From the NCBI GenBank assembly GCA_040005235.1, contig JBDTZG010000011.1, positions 57,785 to 121,784 on the forward strand: a DNA stretch of 64,000 bases, given 5' to 3'. The DNA is from Acidobacteriota bacterium (GTDB lineage: Bacteria; Acidobacteriota; Thermoanaerobaculia; Multivoradales; UBA5704). The translations under genes were made by a program, and so were the position numbers. Below the pieces are notes generated by a model. That model saw only the letters and a list, made by a program, of their open reading frames with translations. It did not search any database and had not been told where the DNA came from. Shown here in pieces: positions 57,948 through 64,000 of this stretch (position 1 is its first letter; every line of letters starts with the position of its first letter).

Positions 57948-58711
57948 TGCTCGCTCCTAGTTGGATTCGCCTTCAAAGTACGAGAGGACGGCCGGGAAGT
58001 TCGGGGACGGATCCCGGGGTCGGCGCCATAGCCGTTGAGAAACACATCGACCGCGCGATGCACTTGATGAGTTACGCGCTCGGCCGAGAGGTCTACTTCG
58101 TCGCCGCAGACGGCGGCGAACAGGATTTCGCTCTTGAGCAGGGCGATGAAATGCCCCGCCGCCTCGCCCGAATCGTCGAGGCGCAGGAGGCCCGAGTGCG
58201 CGTTGGCGGCGAGATAGTCCGCCAACCGGGCGCGTACCCGGCCGGGGCCGCTCCGGAGCAGTGCCTCGCGCAGGGCTGGAAACTGATGCCCCTCGGCCAG
58301 GCACATGCGATGCCAGCGCAGCGCGTTGGGGCAGAGAATCATCCCCAGGAAACGCTCGCCGAACAACAGCAGCGCCTGTTCGATCGACTGCGATTCGAGC
58401 TCAGGTTCGGCGAACTCGATCAGGATCTGCTCCGAGATCTCGGCCACGATCGCCTCGAACAATCCCTCTTTCGAGCCGAACGCCGAGTACAGCGTCGCGA
58501 GCGAGCCGCCGGAGAGCTTCACCACGTCGCCGAGGCTGGTCTTTTCATAGCCCCGTTCGAGAAACAGCTCCGCCGCCGCTTCGATCATCGCGCGCCTTCG
58601 CACATCGCCCCGCCCGGAACCGGCGCCATGGGAAGCCGGAGAACCCGCGGGATCGGTAGAAGGTTGGGACGCGGCAGAGCCGCCGGGGGGAGAGAACAGA
58701 AGATTCGTCAC
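57944..58711 (-). CDS. TetR/AcrR-family regulator
   Basis: AAAELFLERGYEKTSLGDVV..GGSLATLYSAFGSKEGL. Confidence 0.92.
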   Translation of the reverse strand: MTNLLFSPPGGSAASQPSTDPAGSPASHGAGSGRGDVRRRAMIEAAAELFLERGYEKTSLGDVVKLSGGSLATLYSAFGSKEGLFEAIVAEISEQILIEFAEPELESQSIEQALLLFGERFLGMILCPNALRWHRMCLAEGHQFPALREALLRSGPGRVRARLADYLAANAHSGLLRLDDSGEAAGHFIALLKSEILFAAVCGDEVDLSAERVTHQVHRAVDVFLNGYGADPGIRPRTSRPSSRTLKANPTRSEQ

Positions 58712-58714
58712 AAA

Positions 58715-58748
58715 CCGTAACGTAGCTTACATTACGGACGCTCGTCAA
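58715..58748 (-). promoter_or_regulatory. TetR operator overlapping a sigma70-like promoter
   Basis: Imperfect palindrome CCGTAACGTA-GCT-TACATTACGG (58715-58737); minus-strand TTGACG-N18-TACGTT just before the GTG start. Confidence 0.65.
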
Positions 58749-58972
58749 GCCGGAGGTTGCGGCTTCGCCTGCCCCCCGATCGCCAGGAACAGCTCGTGGA
58801 CGATCTCTTTAAGCTCGACCGTGTAGCCGGCGAGGTCGCGCATCGCCGCTTCGAGCTGCTCGGGGTTTGGTCGGGTGAGCGCGCCGCCTGGGCGGGGTTT
58901 GACCTTGTAAGTCATCCGGTCGTCGAGCAGTTGGAGCTTCTGGTACGCGTCGCGGAATCGCTGCGGGTCCAT
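58745..58972 (-). CDS. Small hypothetical protein
   Basis: MDPQRFRDAYQKLQLL..., tightly packed after the cytochrome genes. Confidence 0.65.
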   Translation of the reverse strand: MDPQRFRDAYQKLQLLDDRMTYKVKPRPGGALTRPNPEQLEAAMRDLAGYTVELKEIVHELFLAIGGQAKPQPPA

Positions 58973-58974
58973 TG

Positions 58975-59328
58975 TCAAGCTCCATTCTTCGCCGGGGCGG
59001 CGAGCGCGATGCATCGGTTGACCAGCTGGCCGATCTCTTCGGGTTGCAGCTTCCCTTGAAAACCGGGCATCGTCGTATAGCCGCGGGTGATGCGATCGTG
59101 GATCAGAACGCGCTCGCGCGCGGCCCCCATCGGCGAGTGAGTCAGATCGGCGCGTGGGTAGAGCGGCAGGATGCGCGGATCGCCCTTGCCGTCGGCGCCA
59201 TGGCAGTGGGCGCAGTTTTCGGCGAAAAGGATCTCGCCCGACCGAACCGCCTTCGTGGGTCCGCAACCGCCGATCAAAACGCCCAGGACGAACAGGGCTC
59301 CGAACCTGCCGGCGAACGAACGGCTCAT
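58975..59328 (-). CDS. Monoheme cytochrome c lipoprotein
   Basis: IGGC lipobox, CAHCHG, MPGF axial Met. Confidence 0.85.
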   Translation of the reverse strand: MSRSFAGRFGALFVLGVLIGGCGPTKAVRSGEILFAENCAHCHGADGKGDPRILPLYPRADLTHSPMGAARERVLIHDRITRGYTTMPGFQGKLQPEEIGQLVNRCIALAAPAKNGA

Positions 59329-59717
59329 TTCGGCGGCGGCTCCGGCGCCCGCTCGCCGCGCAGCACCTGGAGGTAGTAGGTGACTTGCCGGATCTCGTCC
59401 GCGCTCAGCTGGCTGCCGAAGGCCGGCATCTCGCCGAACACGCCGGTCTCGATCAGTGCCTCGATCGATCCCTCGTCCGCCGCCGCGGTCCGCCAGGTGT
59501 TGTCGCGCAAATCGGCATAGGCGTTGCCCATGTAGCGCGGCGTGTTGCCCCGGGCATCGACGCCATGGCATTCGGAGCAGTGCTTCCGGAACAGAACCTC
59601 GCCCGGCGAGCGGTGGGGGAACAGCTGATTGCAACCGGCGAGGCTCATCATCCCCACCATCGCAGCGGCCAGGCAGACGGCGAAAGCGAGCGGAAGCCTG
59701 GTTCGGCGCGGGATCAT
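59325..59717 (-). CDS. Monoheme cytochrome c lipoprotein
   Basis: LAGC lipobox, CSECHG, MPAF. Confidence 0.85.
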   Translation of the reverse strand: MIPRRTRLPLAFAVCLAAAMVGMMSLAGCNQLFPHRSPGEVLFRKHCSECHGVDARGNTPRYMGNAYADLRDNTWRTAAADEGSIEALIETGVFGEMPAFGSQLSADEIRQVTYYLQVLRGERAPEPPPK

Positions 59718-59868
59718 CGGCAAACTCCTCGGTTGGCGAATCGTAGAAGATCGACGGTTGGCGATATTATCCCACCTCGGTTCGGACCCCGAAACTCGAC
59801 GGCCCAAAGTTCAGGCGCAGGGGCGCGAGGTCAGTCTCCAAGCGAACGTCGCGCGGCAACCGTGTCGC

Positions 59869-60348
59869 GCACAGGTGCATCGCCGAATTGCACCGCTGCA
59901 ACGGGTCCGTGTACCTGTACGCTGCCGGATTGCACGACTACAAAATGCCCGCGCACCTGTGCACTGCCGGGTTGCACGACTGCAAAATGTCGGCGCACCT
60001 GTGCACTGCCGGAATGCACGACTGCAAAGTGTCGGCGCACCTGTGCACTGCCGGGTTGCACGACTGCAAAATGTCGGCGCACCTGTGCGCTGCCGGATTG
60101 CACAGCTACAAAATGCCGGCGTACCTGTGCACTGCAGGATTGCAGAACTGCAAAATGCTGGTACACCCGCGCAATGACGGATTGCAGAACTGCAAAATGC
60201 TGGTACACCCGCGCAATGACGGATTGCGGGACCGCAAAATGCCGGTGGACTTGCGCGGTGCGGGATTGTCCGACCGCAAATTGTCGACGCACTTGTGCGA
60301 TGCCAAATTGTACGACTGCAAGATGTCTATGTAGCTTTGCACTGCCGA
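59869..60348. repeat. 42-bp tandem repeat, about 11.5 units
   Basis: GCACCTGTGCACTGCCGGGTTGCACGACTGCAAAATGTCGGC at 59953, 59995, 60037 etc.; degenerate at both ends. Confidence 0.92.
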
Positions 60349-60360
60349 TGCGATCGCCGA

Positions 60361-60744
60361 TCAGGACAAATCCTCGCGCCCAGCTGGGGTGAGGTTAAAC
60401 CATGGCAGGACACCAAAATGATGGAGATCACGAGTGTCCCAGTTGAAGCGAGCGGTGAAACTCGCGGCCTGATGGTTGACGCTAAGGTAGTAGGCGGACC
60501 AGGGCGACTGTCGGTCATATTTCGTCGCAGTCCAGGCGTAAAAGAAGGGCTGAGGAATCCGCGGCCCATTCGCATCTGGAATCCAAATCTCGACTCCAAT
60601 CACAGCGACCTCGGCCTTTCCTGCCGCCTGGATCACAAGGCTGGCATCTCCTCCCTGCCATGCGGCCTCAGTACCGTGCCAGAAAGCCGTTTGCCTGAGC
60701 TTCTCGGGCAGCCAATCGCCAAAGGGCTGAGCAACCTCGATCAT
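60361..60744 (-). CDS. Hypothetical protein, possibly Imm40-like immunity protein
   Basis: AAWQGGDASLVIQ...VAVIGVEIW pattern; AAAGGAG RBS; lower GC. Confidence 0.5.
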   Translation of the reverse strand: MIEVAQPFGDWLPEKLRQTAFWHGTEAAWQGGDASLVIQAAGKAEVAVIGVEIWIPDANGPRIPQPFFYAWTATKYDRQSPWSAYYLSVNHQAASFTARFNWDTRDLHHFGVLPWFNLTPAGREDLS

Positions 60745-60812
60745 TGGGTAAGCTCCTTTACTGAACGGGCTGCGGAATCTTCTTCGACTCAAATTGAGCT
60801 GAAGCGAAACGC

Positions 60813-61646
60813 TCAGGCTGCGCCGTCAGCCCACCCCAACGCGCTCGCCTCGTCGAGCAGCCCCGGATCTTCGCCGGCCCCCTCGGCGAACCGGCGCTTT
60901 CCTCGTTCGAGCGCCTCTCCTGCGGCGGCCGGGTCGCCCGCCGCCCGCAACGCCTGGGCGGTGCGGATCTCGGCGTAGCCGGAAAGCCGCGCGCGCCGCC
61001 CTTCCGGGCCGGGGATCTTTTCGGCCACGTGCCCGGCCAATCGCGCCAGTTCGAGCGCTTCTTGAGGGTCGCTCTCGACTGAACGTGCGCTCCTCGCGGC
61101 GAGCAGCTCGCCCATCTCCCAGGTTTGAAAGTCCGGGAGGCGATTGATGATGAGCCTCTGTTCTACCACCCGCAGCCCTTCGACTTGACCCCAGAGCGCC
61201 TCGGCCGCCGCGCGATCTTCCGCCGTCGGCGGCCAGGATGAGCTTGGCCGGGAGCGGGCCGCCTCGCGTAGGGCGGCGATTTTCGGCGCCAGGCGGGCGC
61301 GGAGGTGGGTCCCTATCGTGGCCGCGACGGTCGGCCCGTCCTGGCCGCGGGTGCTCGCCCACTGGCGGAAGGCTTCGGACGCGACCTCTTCGATCCAGGG
61401 GAGCCTCACCCGGACGGAAGAGGCAAACTTGGCCATCCGCTTCCGCCGGGGGATGATCCTGCCGTACCGATAGAGGGTCATCTGCGAGGCGGTAATTTCC
61501 GCCAGGTCCGTTAGCTCGCTCACCTGCGGGCCGGCCAATGCGCTCAAGATCCGCACCTGGAGCGCCGAGCGCTCGGCCGGAACGTCTTCCGGAGGTTGCC
61601 ACCGTATCCGCAGCCGCCGCCTCGCCGCCTGTCGCTCGTTTCTCAC
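60813..61646 (-). CDS. Degenerate XRE-HTH plus helical-domain protein (short paralogue of 62101-63540)
   Basis: ELTDLAEITASQMTLYRYGRIIP HTH-like segment; DRAAAEALW...FQTWEMGELL..S...DP..ALELARLA..VAEKIPGPE aligns with the neighbour. Confidence 0.75.
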   Translation of the reverse strand: MRNERQAARRRLRIRWQPPEDVPAERSALQVRILSALAGPQVSELTDLAEITASQMTLYRYGRIIPRRKRMAKFASSVRVRLPWIEEVASEAFRQWASTRGQDGPTVAATIGTHLRARLAPKIAALREAARSRPSSSWPPTAEDRAAAEALWGQVEGLRVVEQRLIINRLPDFQTWEMGELLAARSARSVESDPQEALELARLAGHVAEKIPGPEGRRARLSGYAEIRTAQALRAAGDPAAAGEALERGKRRFAEGAGEDPGLLDEASALGWADGAA

Positions 61647-61684
61647 CGGTGATCTCCCCGCGGGCGGGCGTTCCGTTCCATGAT

Positions 61685-61712
61685 CGCGGCACCCAAAATT
61701 TTGGGTAACGCG
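61685..61712. promoter_or_regulatory. Palindromic operator candidate
   Basis: Perfect 16-bp ACCCAAAATTTTGGGT (61691-61706) with symmetric CGCG arms. Confidence 0.6.
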
Positions 61713-61799
61713 GTGAACCCCGAAACGACGAGTCCCGCCCCGGGTGAGACCGACCCTATCGGCCGGCCGCAGCCCGGGCGAACCAAGGAGACCTCACCC

Positions 61800-62096
61800 A
61801 TGACCATCCCCACGAAGCGCCTTTTCGTCCTCCTGCCGCTCACCCTGCTGCTCGCCCTGCCGGCCGGCGCGATGCCGAGGGGGGATTCCCCGTCGATCCT
61901 GGCCCGCCTCTCCGGCTTCCTCTCCGCGCTCTGGGCCGAAGGCGGGTGCATGATCGACCCTAACGGCGGCTGCACGACTGCACCGATCGTGAGCGACGAG
62001 GGTTGCATGATTGATCCGAACGGCAGGTGCAAAGACTCGTCGATCGTGAGGGATGAGGGCTGCATGCTCGACCCGAACGGCAGGTGTCGGCAGTAA
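61800..62096 (+). CDS. Secreted 98-aa peptide precursor with three GCM(I/L)DPNG(G/R)C repeats
   Basis: AAGGAG RBS 61785-90; Sec signal ending PAGA; 19-aa-period repeats with synonymous codon changes. Confidence 0.85.
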   Translation: MTIPTKRLFVLLPLTLLLALPAGAMPRGDSPSILARLSGFLSALWAEGGCMIDPNGGCTTAPIVSDEGCMIDPNGRCKDSSIVRDEGCMLDPNGRCRQ

Positions 62097-62100
62097 CTCC

Positions 62101-63540
62101 TCACACCGCTTCGACACCAAAAGACCTCCAGGCGACGGCCGCCGCTCTCGCCAGGGCGGCCGTCGCCACCTGGCGCTCGATCGCTTGAAGGAACAGCCAG
62201 AGGCTCGCGAGCTCTTCACGCCGGGCCTTATGGGCGTGGAAAGTCGGCAGCACCCCGGCCAACCGGCGCGCGGCTTCGGCCGGCCGGCCGGCTTCGAGTA
62301 GTAGTGCCGAGAGCTCGAGGGCGGCGAGCGCGGCGTCAAACGACATCTTTCGGCGGTGGAAGCGGTCGAGGATGTCGGCGAGCGCTTCGATGGCCTCGGT
62401 CCGGCGGCCGTGGGCCGCGGCAAGAATCGCTTCGAGCCATTCTAGCCGGAGCATATCGACGTCGTGATTCTGGGCGAACGCCAGCGCACGGACCTCGGGC
62501 ATCAGCGCTTCCATTTCCGCCACTCGATCGAGATAAATGAGGTTTGCGGCCAGGTTGAATCGCGTTACGCAGCGCAGGCGATCGTCGGTGCCGGCATCAA
62601 CCAGCGGAAGCGCCTCCCGGAGCGTCGCAATCGCCGCCTCGAAGTTCCCGGCTTGTTGATAAATGCCCGCGGTCTGCACGGCAACGCGAGCTGACAGTAC
62701 GAGATCTCCGGAAACGTCGATGGATTCAAGGCAGGCCAGCGCCTCGGCGAACCGGCGTTGGTTGCGCCGGAGCGAAGCCTTGAGATTCGGGATTCGAGTC
62801 AAATCCAGCGGGATCACCTCTCCCTCCTCCACCGCCGGTAACAGCCGCTCAACCTCGGCAAACGCCGCGTCCGCCGCTTCGAGGTCGCCCTGCACCCTCT
62901 GGGCGTTGCCCAGGTGCGCCCAGCAGAAGGCGGCGAGGAAGTCGAGGAAGCGTTCCGGCCCGGTGACGTTACTAGCCACTTCCAGAGCCAGCTCGGCGAG
63001 AGCTCGGCACGCGGCCGGGTCGTGCGGCGCCGCGGCGAGGCTCTCCTGGCAGAGCCGCTCGGCGAGGCCCCAGGTCCAGAACATCGGGCGCGCGGCGACG
63101 AGCGGGCGGCGCTCCGGGTCGCAGGCGGCGAGGATCTGCCAGAGGTGCTCGGCCTCCTCCCGTTCGGCGGCGAAGCGGGCGGCGCGGGCCTCGGCGACCA
63201 GGTCGTAGCGCAGTTCGCCGAGGACGTCCACGAGGGCGCCCTCGATCACCAGGGCCATCGGGGGCGAGATCCAAGGGTCGGCCTGTTCGAAGCCCGAGAC
63301 CGCTTCGGTCAGGCCGTAGACGATCTCGATCACCCCGGGCGGCGGGTTCAAGCTCCCCGCCAGCTCCTGGTAGCGCCTGCGGCCGATCACCTTGGCGCGG
63401 CCGGTTTCGACCTCGCGAAACAGACTGAGCCGCCCGAGCCGCAGACCCGCCTCCCCCTGGCCGATGCGGAGCAACACGCGCACCACGCGCAACGCATGGC
63501 ACGGCACGGGGACGGGTGCTTTCGGTTCCTTCGGTTCCAC
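62101..63540 (-). CDS. Degenerate XRE-HTH plus TPR protein (RRNPP-like architecture)
   Basis: GTG after AGGAG; N-terminal ALRVVRVLLRIGQGEAG...REVETGR; TPR-like WAHLGNAQRVQGDLEAA, ASLRRNQRRFAEAL, AGIYQQAGNFEAAI, ALAALELSALLLEAGR. Confidence 0.8.
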   Translation of the reverse strand: MEPKEPKAPVPVPCHALRVVRVLLRIGQGEAGLRLGRLSLFREVETGRAKVIGRRRYQELAGSLNPPPGVIEIVYGLTEAVSGFEQADPWISPPMALVIEGALVDVLGELRYDLVAEARAARFAAEREEAEHLWQILAACDPERRPLVAARPMFWTWGLAERLCQESLAAAPHDPAACRALAELALEVASNVTGPERFLDFLAAFCWAHLGNAQRVQGDLEAADAAFAEVERLLPAVEEGEVIPLDLTRIPNLKASLRRNQRRFAEALACLESIDVSGDLVLSARVAVQTAGIYQQAGNFEAAIATLREALPLVDAGTDDRLRCVTRFNLAANLIYLDRVAEMEALMPEVRALAFAQNHDVDMLRLEWLEAILAAAHGRRTEAIEALADILDRFHRRKMSFDAALAALELSALLLEAGRPAEAARRLAGVLPTFHAHKARREELASLWLFLQAIERQVATAALARAAAVAWRSFGVEAV

Positions 63541-63738
63541 CAATCTCGCTCCTACGTTCTGAAGGGAATCTCTAACAGAATAGGTTGCCGCCACGGCACT
63601 TTTCGTGACAAGAAAAGACGATTTCGAGTGAACTTGTGGAACCTGAGTGCTTGGCGCTGCGCGAAATCGCAAGCCAGTTGCGGTTTTGAAATTGGCCCAA
63701 GAAAACAGTGGGGGCGGCAAGCCCCGAAAGACTCCACA

Positions 63739-64000
63739 TCCGGACGATCCGGCCCCCGGTATCGACCGTTGCGACCTGGGTCCGGACGGCTCGGACCTCG
63801 ATCCCAATCGTTGCGACCTGGGTCCGGACGGCTCGGACCTCGATCCCAATCGTCGCGACCTGGGTCTGGACGGTTCGGACCTGGGTCCCGATCGGTGCGA
63901 CCTGGGTCCGGGCGGCTCAGACCTGGGTCCCGGCCGCTGCGACCTGGTCCGGACGGCTCGGACCTCGATCCCAATCGTCGCGACCTGGGTCTGGACGGTT
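63739..64000. repeat. 21/42-bp tandem repeat, runs off the window edge
   Basis: GTTGCGACCTGGGTCCGGACGGCTCGGACCTCGATCCCAATC units; related to 15898-16322. Confidence 0.9.

Noticed and set aside
59869-60348. 42-bp repeat as a second CRISPR array
   Set aside because: Units are contiguous with no unique spacers.
63541-63849. N-terminal extension of the 582-aa ORF
   Set aside because: Runs through AT-rich promoter-like DNA and tandem repeats; an RBS supports a start at 63540 (or 63543).
1-64000. tRNA, rRNA, integrase, transposase, prophage or cas genes
   Set aside because: None recognisable in the sequence or ORF track.

Overview
High-GC bacterial chromosomal window. Gene style (Oar-type TonB receptors, the 'TPCRxxDxR...DVNGYF' C-terminal domain, HTH-TPR paralogues) suggests Acidobacteriota, perhaps Thermoanaerobaculia; this is inference only. 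Left to right: acyltransferase/GNAT/PAP2 lipid genes; divergent DUF4142 and ligD with sigma54-type promoters; ackA-xfp-pgm directly downstream of a lower-GC type II R-M pair; a 21/42-bp tandem repeat; an orphan CRISPR array (10 repeats of 37 bp, 9 spacers, no cas genes); a LacI-controlled beta-glucan utilisation locus (TBDR, GH144-like, ABC, GH94, GH1); an orphan Cys-rich RiPP precursor behind a perfect sigma70 promoter; VapBC; a TBDR-ABC unit; an ECF sigma/DoxX unit with twin inverted promoters; an HzsA-like heme protein; HicBA; a TetR-RND pump; two cytochromes c. Best candidate for an undescribed system (60.8-63.5 kb): a small secreted peptide with three synonymously diverged GCM(I/L)DPNG(G/R)C cores, lying between two paralogous degenerate-HTH plus helical/TPR proteins, with a perfect 16-bp palindrome in the shared promoter. 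This resembles RRNPP peptide signalling, but in a diderm. All calls come from reading motifs by eye; no searches were run.
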